Shown: one piece after another, positions 48,795 to 61,924 of the stretch
Layout of the letters: the number at the start of each line of letters is the position of its first letter
Numbering within the stretch: the first letter of the stretch is position 1
Assembly: GCA_964270895.1 (NCBI GenBank)
Contig: OZ185442.1
Source: Podarcis filfolensis
Lineage: Eukaryota
DNA: 64,000 nt
Direction: 5' to 3' (one strand)
Notes under the pieces: generated by a model
Databases searched by the model: none
Seen by the model: only the letters and a program-made list of their open reading frames with translations
What the model was told of the DNA's origin: nothing
Program-made: the position numbers and the translations under genes

Positions 48795-50140
48795 CTGCAG
48801 AGTTTGGAGGGGAGAGGCAGTGAATATCAAGGCGCATCTGGCCTCCCAACACTAGGGGGCCACTGTCTTCCTTGACACAACCCTAAGGACAGTGTCTCTG
48901 AGGTTTTGAACAGCCAGTTGCCCTGCAGCAATTAACAAATGATTGTGTTTGACTGCAAAGCTACGTTCTGGCCGCTTGACTACTTAAGAGCATAAGAAGC
49001 CAAAGCCCACAAAGCCAACATTCAGTTCTCACAGTGGCCAACTAGAGGCCTATGAGAAGCCCATGAGCAGGACTTGAACACAACATGGCTCTCCCCAGTC
49101 ATGATTCCCAGCAAGTGGGATTCAAAGGCATTTTGCCTACAACAAGCAGAACATAGCTAGCATGGCTACTAATCATTTACAGTCTTGTCTTCAAATTCTC
49201 TTCTTACATATTACATTCAGTGGTAATGCCAGGTATCAGCATCACTGGGTACCAGCTGAGCCTCAACTTCCAGTAGGGGGCAAGGGAGCACCTTGGTAAT
49301 GTGGCAAAGGCCAAAAGTTGATGCCAGGTGAACAAGGTGCTGGACTTTTGGAAGGAGGCGTGTGGCTGTGGCAGGGTCTCAGAACCCTCCTGCCTCCTTC
49401 CCAAAGCTGGGGAAGCATTAACTAGGCTTTGGGAAGGAGGAAGGAGGAGTCTAGGACCCTGTTCAGAGCCTCACACCTCCTTCCCAAAGCCCAGCACATC
49501 CTAGGCTTTGGGAAGGATGTGGGAAGACACCCTCTTGCCCCCTGGGCCCTGTGTGTAGGAACCAGTCGTGCTGCCCTGAATCTGCTTCTGCTGTTTCTAA
49601 GAATCCTTGCCCCTGCTGCTCCCCGTCCTTCTTTGCTGGGACTGTTTGTTCACTTGCCCTCTCCAACCCGCATGAGTTTTGGCAAGTGCAATGACGAGCT
49701 GTGGATACCCTTGGCTCGTCTTGCCCTCTTTCTCCTGCAGACTGGGTCTGGAGGCAGAGGGCAAGCAAATGGGCAGCAGGAACACTGTTGGAAGACTCAT
49801 TCGCTGAAGGCAACTTGCACAGAGGCACCCATAAAACCTAGAGCTGACACTGATTATGTTCAGTGTTTTGTCATGCCCTGGAGTGAGCAAGAGTTACTAT
49901 CTAGGATGGGCCCACACAGACAGAGAGACAGTGGAAGCTAGTCCATTGGGATGGTGGGACACTGCCCAGCCAACCCCAGTCTGCTCTTAGCCAGCCTGCA
50001 CCTGCTTGCCTTACTACCTCCACTCAGTCCCAGGGGTGGCCCTGGCTGTCAGCTTCCTCCTGCTGCTCCTTAGTCTCAGTGTGGCCCTTGTGGAACTCAG
50101 GAGGGAGGAGGATGGGGACATAACTGGAATTAGCAGGCTC

Positions 50141-50159
50141 TGGCGCCATCTACTGTTGG
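50141..50159 (-). promoter_or_regulatory. CTCF motif within a short dispersed repeat (copy 2)
   Basis: Reverse complement CCAACAGTAGATGGCGCCA. Confidence 0.6.
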
Positions 50160-51289
50160 GCTCCCTGCCTTCCACCCTACCAGTCCCATTGGACACCGGC
50201 CAGCATGCAGGGAACTGAAGGTTTGATTTTTGAGCCTTCATATCTGACTTGATGATGCCCCCAGCTGTCTCCCTTTAATTTATTCCATTATTGCCATTAA
50301 CACCAATGTGAAGCCCTGCACTTGGGACTACAGTGAGGGTTACATATTCTTTCCCCACCCAACATCACTAACATTTAGTGGCCAGGGTACAGCAGATGGG
50401 GATTCCGCAGGAGAAAATGCAATGTCACTCCGGGCCAAGGGGTCAGCAAAGGAGCATTGCAACCCCCTCCCCTTCTCCAGGGGTCCTTGCAATACATACT
50501 AGTCTTCCTGTCATGATGTCAGCCACTTTGCTTGCCTTTTTTTTTTTTTGTTATAAATAGCTGTCCCACCCCAGAAACAGCTGCATTTTGAGTGCCTCCT
50601 CATCAAATCCTCAGGCTAGTGCTTTCGGGGTTAATTCCCAATAGCTGCTTTCTCTGCCCCAGCGGAAGAGCCCACGAAAAAGAAATTGCTTTTTTCCTGA
50701 CTGGGCCTAATGATCCCCATTGTCTGCCCTGATAGGTTGGGGTGACGTAGGCGACGGCGAATGATGGAGGAGCTGAGAACAGCTGTTTCCTGACGCCCAG
50801 GCGCCTCGTTCCGGACCGGGGTCCAATCAGCTCCTATTGTACTGGCTTCCCAGCTCCAGCAACCGTGGGAAAAGGGGGGGGGGGCTGGGTGTAATTATGG
50901 GGTAGGCTAGTATTGCAGTTGTGGCTTTTGCCAATGCTGCAGAAATCCCGCAGGCGGCTGGGAACCAGCGGAGGAGAGGAGTCTCTGTTTGGTTTTGACA
51001 GCTGGAGAGAGATTCCAAGTTGTCTCGAGCCAAAGTGCAGCTCTCCTCTGAGATGGAGGGCAGAGTTCTGGGGAGCTAGACCTACACAGTCAGATGCAAA
51101 AGATGGCAGGACTTTTGCACCTTTGCTAGTTGGGCAATTTGGAGAAATACTGCTGGTGAAACACCTGGTGCCGTCAGGAAAGGATTTTGAATTCTGAATT
51201 TTTTTAACCCACCCTGGGGCTGCTGCTGGTAGAGGGTGGGTATGAAATTATAACAGCAACAATAGTAATAGTAATAATAATAGCAATAC

Positions 51290-51522
51290 CGTGCACAATG
51301 AGGTACACCTGCGAGGTGTGGGGCTTGTCCTGTGTCTGGAAGGAGCAGGTGTAGAGCCCTTCGTCATACACGTCCACATGGGTGATCATGATGCTGAACT
51401 CCGAGGGGCTGTTGGTCAGCAGCTGCACCCGTGAGTCGATGGACCACTTGTCATTGCCGGCGTACAGGATGTTGGAGCGGTTCAACCACGCCACGCGCGT
51501 CACCTGCTGGTCTATGTAGCAG
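51290..51522 (-). CDS. IGLON5: IGLON5 exon 3, Ig1: (S)[77 protein letters not shown]
   Basis: IgLON signature [17 protein letters not shown] and DEG.YTCS; ctctgcag| acceptor, G|gtattg donor, 233 nt, phases 2-1. Confidence 0.97.
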
Positions 51523-52358
51523 CTGCAGAGAAGGGAGAGGAGTTAAGCAGCAAAGGTGAGCGGCAGAACGATGGAATGAAAACGGGGCAACAGCAGAAGT
51601 AGGGGCAGGGCAGGGCTGGCTCCTATATCGGATTCTGAGGGATGCTGCGATGAACGTAAGAACATCTGGAGCAGGTCAAAGATGCATCTCGTCAGCATCC
51701 TGTTCTCACAGCGGCCAACCGGAAGTCTATGGGAACCCCACTGCTATCCTTACGCCTCCCCCCATGAACTTCTGATATCCACTGATATTCTAACCCCCCA
51801 TGAACTTCTCCAATCCCCTTTTAAAACTATTCAAATTGGTGGCCACCCCTAGTTTTCGCCGGAGCGAATTCCAAAGTCTAACTATGTGCCGTGTGAAGAA
51901 ATACTTTATTCCGTCTGTTCCGAATCTTCAAATATTCTGGATGGTTAGGGTCAGGGAGGTCAGTAAGGTAAAGGTAGGAATGAGAGAGTTTCTCAATTCA
52001 GTTTCCTCTCAGTGTTTTATTTATTTTTTTAAGTCTCTGATTCTCTACATTCCCACATCAGTTTCCCATTTATTTAAAAAACAAACAAAAAAAGTTCTCA
52101 TGAAAATTCATCAATGTTTTAGTGTGAATTTCTCCCAGTGTTGCACATTTGTAGGCAATTTGCACGTTTTCGCAAAGCTGTTGCTGTTATATTTATTATC
52201 ATGCACCCCTTCAACAAAATGGTCCCAGAGTGGGTTACAGCAATGTAAAATACACTATTAAAAACAGCTTATCACCAGTCATGCATTTCTGTGTGATGCT
52301 TCCCACTAATGTATGCATTTTCAGCCATGCTCTACCCTGATACACATGTATTTTCAGA

Positions 52359-52599
52359 CATGGTGGTACCTCAGGTTAAGTACTCAATTCGTTCTGGAGG
52401 TCCGTTCTTAACCTGAAACTGTTCTTAACCTGAAGCACCACTTTAGCTAATGGGGCCTCCCGCTGCTGCTGTGCTGCCGCGAGACTTCTGTTCTCATCCT
52501 GAAGCAAAGTTCTTAACCCGAGGTACTATTTCTGGGTTAGCAGAGTCTGTAACCTGAAGCGTATGTAACCTGAAGTGTATGTAGCCTAAGGTACCACTG
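52359..52599. mobile_element. Tigger-like MITE nested in an AT-rich hAT-like element
   Basis: gtggtacctcaggtt ... gcctaaggtaccactgta termini; internal (aacctgaa) subterminal repeats. Confidence 0.75.
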
Positions 52600-54042
52600 T
52601 ACTTGGCTAGGGAACTTGGCTTGAAAATTCGGAGAAGCACAGGTTTCAAAGGTTGGGCTGTGCTTCGGTTCATGTACCGTTTCAGAAAGTGCAAACTTAA
52701 TCGAATCCCACTTCCTTCCAATCTCAGCATTCGTACAATATATCTGCCTCAAAGAGGGACAGATATACAGCACAAGCGGGGCCTGCTTACATTGGCATTT
52801 ATGCACTCAGGCCCTGTCAAGGGAGCACCCATAACCTCAAGGCCTAGGTTGCCTCCATGACCCCAGTCCAGGCAACAGCCGCCATCTTGGGGCCTTGAGA
52901 GAACAGGGACCTCAGCACCTGAGCAATACCCTGCTCTGTATATCGCTCGGTTTGTAATCTGAGGGAAAGCTGGGCCCTTTTCCGCCTCTGTAGCACACAG
53001 CTGAGCAGAATTTATTACGCAGCATTGTAACATGTGAGGGAGAAGTGTGGTGGGGAGGGAGGAGAGAAAGAAAGTACTCCTGAGTTTTCCTCACAGATTG
53101 CCAAGGCCTTTGGCGCTCTCTCGTTCTCTCCCTCTCTCTTTCCCTCTCTCCCAAGCCCTTTGAAGTCCAAAAGCCCATGTTATTACAGCTCTCTCTCACA
53201 CACTCTCTCTTTTTATCAAGCCCTAAAAACTTGAACACCTTCCAAACTGTGGATTTACAGAAAAAATGAGTGTTGGGGAGAGGGGGGGGGACATTAAAAT
53301 ATCCCAGACTTTGCGAACTCAGCTGCTGAATTTAAATCCTGCGCGGGCACATTCAAAAGCAACCCTTGCCTTGCAAATGGGCTTGGGGTGTTCTTGGTGC
53401 AGCCACCCTCTCCGAGGCCCTGGCATCTGCCCGCCCACCCCCTTGGCATCTCACTACTATTCCTGCCACTTCATTTCTCCTCTCTCTCTCACTCTCTTTC
53501 CCTTCCCCTCTCTCTCTCCTCACCCCCCCTTGCCCTGTGGCTCCCGGCCTCGAGATTTAATTATTGGAGTGCTTTTTCTCTCGCCTTCAAGGCGAGTGGG
53601 CGCTAAGTAATCCCGTTTCTTGGTCCCTGACAGCTGTCAGGCACAGATTGGACAAGTCTTCCAAAGATAACTGGGGAAAAGCTGGTGTGGGGAGGGGAAG
53701 GGCTTTGTGTTCTCCCCTTGAATTTGCAGCTGACCCTGATATTTTATATAGATGCTATTCCTCCACACACCCTGCCCTGCCCCTCACATTCTGCCACGGA
53801 CCCAGAGCCGAGATATCTGCTAGTGGCATCTTGCCGCACAATGCCTGATGGAAGTGTCCAGGAAAAAGTCAGAATCCTGGGACAGAAAGGGCCAAATCTA
53901 CAATATACCTGGTTATTTTTCCTGATTATTTTTTTTTAAAAAAAGCTTTAAGGAAAGCAAAATATTGGTTGGTTGGTTGGTTGGTTGGTGGGTGGGTGGT
54001 GGGTAGGGCCTGCTTAACCCTTTCCCCCTGCCAGCCATTCGG

Positions 54043-54374
54043 AGGTAAAAAGGTAAAGGGACCCCTGACTATTAGGTCCAATCATGACTGACTCTGGGGT
54101 TGTGGCGCTCATCTCGCTATGATGGCTGAGGGACCTGGCATACAGTTTTTGCGGGTCATGTGGCCAGCATGACTAAGCTGCTTCTGGTGAACCAGAGCAG
54201 CGCACGGAAATGCTGTTCACCTTCCCACGGAGCGGTACCTATTTATCTACTTGCACTTTGACGTGCTTTTGAACTGCTAGGTTGGCAGGAGCAGGGACCA
54301 AGAAACGGGAGCTCTCCCCGTCGCGGGGATTAGAACCGCCGACCTCCTGGTTTAGACCACAGCGCCACCCACGT
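54043..54374 (-). mobile_element. Sauria SINE
   Basis: Reverse complement of the full family sequence. Confidence 0.9.
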
Positions 54375-56124
54375 AAAAAATATACAGAATGGCAGAAAGC
54401 TATTGTAATAGAAATTGGGATCACCCAATAAGTCCAATGGGCATTAGCTCTGGGACTGGCAAAAAGGAAGCAGTTCCTTCTTTTCAGAAGGTGGGATTAA
54501 TGGGTGGAACTCACTGCTGCAATATGTCAGGCTTTGGGGGATCCGATACCTCTCACGTAGCAGCCAAGAAACAGAAAAACAATAAAAGCTCCTACCGTGT
54601 CATTTATTAATATTCACAGGGAGAGATGAAGGAATGCAGTCTTCTCAAAATAATGGCGTTGCTCCGAGTAAAGTCCCCCCCCCACCTCCCCTATTCTACA
54701 TCACCCCTGTGTCGGCTAATCTGAGCTTTCTGCCTCTGAGATCTTTGTTCTAGTACACTCAATGCATGCCGGGTCCTGGGTGGGGTGGGTGGTTCAGGAA
54801 TGCTTTCAAAAGACACCGAGTCTGTCAGTTGGCTCTCCCCGGTGCTTCTTCTTCCTGCTGTTCCTCTTCGAATATTCCCCAGCTTCTCCCCTCTGCAGCC
54901 TCTGAACTGTGCCCTTCTGCAAACCACTGTTCTGAATCTATACTGGCACCCCCACCATTCCTTCTCAGTCCAGTCCCTGACACAATAAGTGTTGTGATGG
55001 CAGCTAGGGGAGAGAGGATTAAAACCACAAAAAGAGCCTTGCTGGATCAGACCAAAGCTCCATCTGATCCAACACCCTAATCCCACAGTGGCAAACCAGC
55101 ACCCTAATAGCAGGACATGAGCTCAAATGCTCTCTCCAGCACACAGTACTCAGGGTTGCCTTCTGCTTCTAATGCAGCAGGGAATATATTGCATAGGCTC
55201 CATGCCTAGTTGCCACTGAAGGCTGTTATCCTCTGTGAGCTTGTTGCCCTTTTAAAACCACCGTCTTTTTAAAAGGTGGTGGTAGACGATAGGCATACCA
55301 GCAGCCACGAGCCAGGATATTAAAACCTCCATGCAGAGCTGCAGTATATCTCAGCATCCAAGGAAAGGAGGCAGCATAGAAAAGCATCATTTCCATGGCC
55401 GTTGTGGGAAAGAGAGAGCGCTGGACTAGGTGGATCTCTGCTCCAGCTTTGCCAAAATTCCCCCATGGAGACAGGGTACTGGGTGGGGGTGACCTGCCCC
55501 TGGGAGCTAACAAAAGACGTAGGCTCTGTACTGCAGCTCGCTTAGTATTCCTGCCAAGCAAGTCAGCCAGCGAGCGAAGGAGGGAGGGCTCCTTTCCACC
55601 TCCTCCCCCTTCTATTCTGCAGAGAGAGAGAGCAGGAGGGAGAGGTCTTGGGAAGTAGGTCAAAGCCTCTGCTGATTCAGGCTGGTGGGAACCCAGCACA
55701 CTGCAGGCTGTTTGGAGTGGGGGGCTGGCGGGTGGGGGGAGGAGGAAGGGGGGGAATGGCAGAGAGACGATCTCCGCATGCTGACTCACAACTTCCAGCT
55801 GGGCATGTGTGGAGGGGGCTGGATGCAGAGAGGGTACATGGGGAGGGAGGCTCTCCCTGCTCTCCCGCCCCATGTTGTAGACCCACATTCCCTCAAAGAG
55901 CATCCTGGTTGCTTTGATGTCTATTGAGTGAACAAAGCAATTTATATTTTAAAAAGAGCAGGAGAAGAACAAAAGACAAACATGGCCGGATCAGGCCACG
56001 GGGCCCATCTAGGCTAGCATCCTGTTCTCACAGTGACTGGCCAGATGCCCGTGGGAAATCAGCAAGCAGGATTTGAGCATGGGAGGACTCTGCCCTCCTG
56101 TTGCTTCCAGCAACCAGTATTCAG

Positions 56125-56137
56125 AATAATAATAATA

Positions 56138-56183
<46 letters not shown>

Positions 56184-56467
56184 TATACTCCACCCATCTG
56201 TCTGGGTTTCCCCAGCCACTCTGGGCGGCTTCCAACAAATTAAAATACAGTAATGCATCAAACACTAAAAGCTACCCTAAACAGAGCTGCCTTCAGATGT
56301 CTTCTAAAAGTCTGGTAGTTGTTGTTCTCTTTGACATCTGGTGGGAGGTTGTTCCACAGGGTGGGTGTCACTACCGAGAAGGCCCTCTGCCTGGTTCCCT
56401 GTAACTTGGCTTCTCGCAGTGAGGGAACTGCCAGAAGGCCCTCGGCGCTGGACCTCAGTGTCTGGCA
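56125..56467 (-). mobile_element. L2 LINE 3' end with long AAT/TAT tail
   Basis: LRSSAEGLLAVPSLREAKLQGTRQRAFSVVTPTLWNNLP...FRRHLKAALF. Confidence 0.9.
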
Positions 56468-57173
56468 GAAGCATGGCTGCCTCCAGCTGTGGAGCCAGAG
56501 ATTAGCCATCGTGCTGTCCCTACCCTCCAGCATTCCTCAGTTGAAAATGGGGATGCTGTCCTGGGCTTTGAGGCACACCTTCTTCTTCTCATGCTCCATA
56601 TGGCTCTGTCGTGTGCCCATCTCCACCTCTAGCACAGCCACTTTCTCCTGCAGTTTCACCACCTTAGTGCCAGGTGGTCACAGGAGTCTGCCATCCTTCC
56701 ACAGCCCACCGCTGTCCCTCCTCCTCCTCAGGGACCGGAGCAGGGACACAGATGCAGCGGCTTTGTGGACAAGCCCCACCCTCTTTGCTCCCCAACCCAC
56801 TGCTTTCTTTATGGGAGACTGACTGACTGAGAAGCAGGGAAATGGTGAAAGACTTTCTTAGGGGCATTCAAGTGACCCATATCTCGTTTTCATTTTTTAA
56901 AAAACACAGGAAGTGGCGCCATTTTGAGTTGGGGAAATGGAGCGGGAGGCCTAGATCTAAGAAATGTGTTAGTGGGACACATGGATCTGAACTTCCAGCA
57001 ACACGTTGAAATACTGCACTCAAGGGAAGGTCCCTTGGGAATTCGGGACTTGGCGTGACCAAGTGAGAAGCCGTGATGGCTTAAGGGTTTTTGTGACAGT
57101 CCTGGCATTTTGGGGGCAGTTGGAGAATATGTTTGTCTAGTCTTCGTTTAAAGCCATCTGGATTGGTGACCAT

Positions 57174-57189
57174 CACACACACACACGCA

Positions 57190-57243
<54 letters not shown>
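57174..57243 (+). repeat. Compound (CA)n(GA)n microsatellite
   Basis: Direct reading. Confidence 0.95.
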
Positions 57244-57246
<3 letters not shown>

Positions 57247-58149
57247 TTATCGCCAACCACTTGCTTCACATTTGTGATAGGGGAGAAATTTGATTTTCTT
57301 TGCATTGGAACAAGAAACTACCAAGCTCTCACTTTTTGAACTAGCACGCAAGCCATTCATTCATACTCCTCCAGTGTGGTTCTCCATCTAATGTGCCAAA
57401 AAGAGAGAGCATGTATTGGTGAACATATGCAGAAAAATGTATGCTAGTACACACACACACCTGTTATATAGGGGAAGGTTTCTGGCAAAACATGATTATT
57501 CATCAAAACTTCATACAAACATGTGTATATTAGTAGAAATTTGCACTAAAACATTGACAATTTTTCACGAGGCTTCCTTTGTTAAACCAACAACTCACAA
57601 ATGGCTGCAGAAATGTGAGAAACTGACCCCAACATGGGGAAAACAAGAAACCGAAATTAACAGGCACATCCATCCCTATTTCACACCAGGCATAATTTCA
57701 TACACTTCTATCATGTTCCCCTTTTCTCCCTGTCAAGGTCAATTGCCTTAAGGTATATTAGCGCTCAGCTCTGATTGAGCTCAATTTTGGGGAAATAAGC
57801 ATAAAGGAGGGGAGGGTTCTGCTCTCCTAGTGTGCATCTCTCTTGTGATTTTAAAATGGAACCCTTGCTCCCCGTCTAAATGTTTTTAAAGGCGTGGAAC
57901 TGCTCCTGCCATGTCCAGTCTGGGCATTTCCAGGTTTGGGGGGGGGGCTTCAGCAGAATGGCTTTTGATGGGACATCCTGGTGCTGGGTCTGGCGGGAGC
58001 TGGAGTCCCAACAATGCTTAGAGGACCACATTAGCCACTTTGGGATTGTAGGTTGTGAATATCATGCCTGCAGGAAGAAATGGCAATGAGAAGTGTAAGC
58101 CTATCCATATCAGTGAGATCCTATTGTGCATGTGGGTATGGCATTATGA

Positions 58150-59120
58150 CATCATCATCATCATCATCATCATAGTAATAATAATATATTATTTATACTC
58201 GTCCCATATGGCTGGGTTTCCAACAGAATATTAAAAATACGATAAAACAACAAACATTAAAAACTTCCCTAAACAGGGCTGCCTTCAGATGTCTTCTAAA
58301 AGTTAGGTAGTTGTTTATTTCCTTGACATCTGATGGGAGGGCATTCCACAGGGAAGGTCCCACTACTGAGAAGGCCCTCTGTCTGGATCCCTGTAACCTC
58401 ACTTCTCGCAATGAGGGAACCACCAGAAGGTCCTCGGAGCTGGATCTCAGTGTCTGGGCAGAACGATAGGGGTGGAGACGCTCCTTCAGGTACACTGAAC
58501 TGAGGCCGTTTAGAGCTTTAAAGGTCAGCGCCAACATTTTGAATTGTGCTCGGAAACGTCCTGGGAGTCAATGTAGGCCTTTCAAGAATGGTGTTATATG
58601 GTCTTGGCAGCTACTCCCAGTCACCAGTCTAGCTGCTGCATTCTGGATTAGTTGTAGTTTCTGGGTCACCTTCAAAGGTAGCCCCATGTAGAGCACATTG
58701 CAGTAGTCCAAGCAGGAGATAACTAGAGCATGCACCACTCTGGCGAGACAGTCTGCGGGCAGGTAGGGTCTCAGCCTGCGTACCAGATGGAGCTGGTACA
58801 CAGCTGCCCTCGACACAGAATTGACCTGCGCCTCCATGGACAGCTGTGAGTCCAAAATGACTGCCAGGCTGTGCACTTGGTCCTTCAGGGGGCAGTTACC
58901 CCATTCAGGACCAGGTAGTCCCTCACACCTGTCTGCCCCCTGTCCCCCAAAACAGTACTTCTGTCTTGTCAAGATTCAACCTCAATCTGTTAGCTGCCAT
59001 CCATTCTCCAACCACCTCCAGACACTCACACAGGACCTTCACCACCTTCACTGGTTCCGATTTGAAAGAGAGGTAGAGCTGGGTGTCATCCGCATACTGA
59101 CGAACACCCAGCCCAAACCC
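58150..59120 (-). mobile_element. 5'-truncated L2 LINE with reverse-transcriptase C-terminus (frameshifted)
   Basis: QYADDTQLYLSF...WMAANRLRLNLDKTEVL, then LAVILDSQLSMEAQVNSVSRAAVYQLHLVRRLRPYL...ISCLDYCN, split over three frames. Confidence 0.93.
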
Positions 59121-59157
59121 AAATGTCCAGCCCAAAACATGAGGTGCTAAAGTACTT

Positions 59158-59353
59158 GGGAAGGGCTGTAGCTCAGTAGTAGAGCATGTGTGCTGCAATC
59201 AGAAGGTTTCAGGTTAAATCCCTGGCAGCTCCAGGTAGGGCTTGGAAAGAACCCTGCCTGATACCTTGCAGAGCTGCTGCTGGTCAGTGCTGGACAATGC
59301 TGTGCTAGATGGGGCCAGTGGTCTGATGCAAGATAGGGCAGCTCCCTATGTTT
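59158..59353 (+). mobile_element. tRNA-derived SINE (Squam2-like). Further copies ~22850-23040(-), 25627-25780(+), 42558-42685(-), 60262-60440(+), 61026-61200(+)
   Basis: gggaagggctgtagctcagtagtagagcat head and gctagatgg..ggtctga..agggcagctccctatg tail. Confidence 0.7.
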
Positions 59354-61381
59354 CGAGGGCTAATTGGTCAGATCATAATACAAAAACCATCCGGCGAGCA
59401 CAAGAAATGACGGCCACATCTGGAACTGGCACTGTGTCTGCTCCACTGAGACCCATTAGTGCATGGAACACCAAAGAAGAGAAAGAGCAATGAGCAAGAA
59501 ACAAGCAGAGGTCCTTTGTGCTGGGAACAAGAGGTCATCATAGGGCCAGACAGAACTCTATAATGCAGCTACACAAAACCTGGGCTTGGTGGCTGCTTCC
59601 CCCATAAAAAGAGGATAAGCTCTGGCAGCCAGCGGTCGCTGAGAGCTGCAGTTGTTCTCTTGTTGAAAGTCAGGTGGGCATGTGTTCCAAACAACCTGTG
59701 AGATGTGCAGAGTATCTTTCTTCCTCTAATACAGCTCTTGTGCTCTAGGACAGCATGAGTTCTAGTCAATCTGGCTGCAGCCCATCGCATCTCACTTATA
59801 CAACTAACCATCACTCTCCCCCCTAAGCATGTGCAGAGTGGAGAATGCAGTTTTAAAACTCAGTCCTTACTCAGAGAGGGAGAAAGGGGATCTCAATGCA
59901 TCTTTTTGCGATGTGGGGTGAGAGAAGCTTCTCCGGCTTCCTTTCTGCATGCTAGGTTGCTGTAAAAGCAAGGGAAGTTAAAACAATACAGTAACCCTGG
60001 CACCAAGCACCCCTGCACATGTTTTTATAACTGCACTTAATTTTGGAACGCAGAATTTCACATAATTCTGCACTACTGATATGGTTGAAAGATGCAAGGT
60101 GTGCTTGCCTGCACATTTTTTGGTGCCGTGCTGCCCCGCGAGAGCACCCCCCCCCAAACAGGATGTTCTGATTTAAATAGGACAGTTGAGGGGTAAAATC
60201 TTGATATGGGGGAAATGGAATTCCCTCAGAATACAGGGAAGGGTCTCCTATGGGGGCCTACTGGGAAGGGTTATAGCTCAGTGGCAGAGCATCTGTTCTG
60301 TGTGCAGGTCCCAAGTTCAGTCCCCAATGTTAGGGCTGGGAGAACTCTGGAGGGCTGCTGCCAGCCAGTTACAGGCAACACTGCTTTTGGTGGTCTCTTG
60401 CACTGACCCAGTACAAGGCAGCTCAGCTTCCCTGTGTCCTCTTGCTTTGAAACAATGCAGAAGTATTCACACCAAGGCCTGGTGAATTTATGCCGCATTT
60501 GACAGAGTTATTAGCCATCCCGAAAGTCACCGCCGGCTGCTATTAACGCGTTATGAGAAGGTAATTGTGCGTTGTGCCGTGAGGTGGGGGGAGGGGGAGA
60601 GGGCATATTTTATTTAAATACTGTCAAGATGTTGCGATGAAACTTTAATAGGCAGGGAGAGCTAAATGATTGAACTGCGGGACGAAACCTGCTCTGGGTT
60701 CAGACATCAACGGAAGGGGGAATGGGAGAGCAGGGTCAGGGAAAGGTCCTGCTCTCTGCTGGAGCAAAGGCTGTAGATGAAAGATGGCTGCGTCACCAGA
60801 GAGTGTGCTTCTGTTTTGCTTTGCTTGGAAGGAGCCACTCTTCCCTTACATGGGAGGTCTGTGATGGTTGGTGGTCCCTGGGCCCAGCAGGCCAACACAA
60901 GACCTGTGTACAGTGGCCTGCTAGGTGCTTACATTTGCTAATCCCCATTTCTCCTTTTACCTCAGGGCAATTGAATAAAGAAAGCCAACATGTGGGCAGC
61001 AGGCGGCTGTCCCCACAAATCTTGCTGGGCTCCAAATCCCCTGGGCTGGGAAGGAAAGGCCACAGCTCAGTTGGGAGACTACCTGCAGAGGGTCCCAGCT
61101 TCAATCCCTGGCATCTCCAGGTATTTCTGAGAATGTCGCCCACCTGGAGGCCTGGCGAGCCAGTCAGCATGGCAGTGGAGACCAAACCATGAGGGCAACT
61201 GGGGCACTGTCCCACCGATCTAAGTCTGCCCCCAGCTAGCCCTTACTTGTCTGCCTTCTTACAGTCTGTGGAATTGCTCTGCCTGTCATCTTCTTCCTTC
61301 TTAGACTCTGTGTTGCCCCCTCCAGCAGGGAGGAGGATGGGGACAAAAGTGGAATTAGTTGGCTCTGCCTGCCATTCACTT

Positions 61382-61400
61382 TGGCGCCATCTGCTGTTGG
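61382..61400 (-). promoter_or_regulatory. CTCF motif within a short dispersed repeat (copy 3)
   Basis: Reverse complement CCAACAGCAGATGGCGCCA. Confidence 0.6.
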
Positions 61401-61924
61401 CCTCCTTGCCTTTTGCCCTACCAGTAGCAGTGGGCACTGCAGTGCAGGGAACGTGAAGCTAGATGGGCCAACGGGTCTGCCTCCCTATGTTCCTATCAGC
61501 CCAAGCTAGTGTGACCAGTGTTCAAAAAGGATGGGAGCTGTAGCACAACAACATCTGGAAAGCCACAGGCTCCCTATTCCCAAACACAGAGGTGTGGGGT
61601 TGAGTGGGGGCTGACATGGAAAGTCTAATAAGTTTAGAACAGGAGGAAGATATAAGTCCATACAGCTTGAGAAACTACAGCAGCCTTCCTTAACCTGAAG
61701 AGGTTTTGGACTATAAATCCCATGAGCATCAGCTAGCAGGACTCCACTGGCTAGGTTGGATGGGAGTTGAAGTCCAAAACCTCTGAAGACCACTAGGTTG
61801 TAGAAGACTTTTGTCTAGTCCATGGTAATAAATTAATGGGGAGGGCTCATCATATCATCCAGCAGGGATACACACACACATATATATACAAACACGCACT
61901 CCTTGGTCAGAGGGAGAAACTCAC

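Noticed and set aside
52878-52888. YY1 motif GCCGCCATCTT
   Set aside because: Single short match with no supporting context.
11943-59353. tRNA-like heads with A/B boxes at several sites
   Set aside because: All are 5' ends of SINEs, not tRNA genes.
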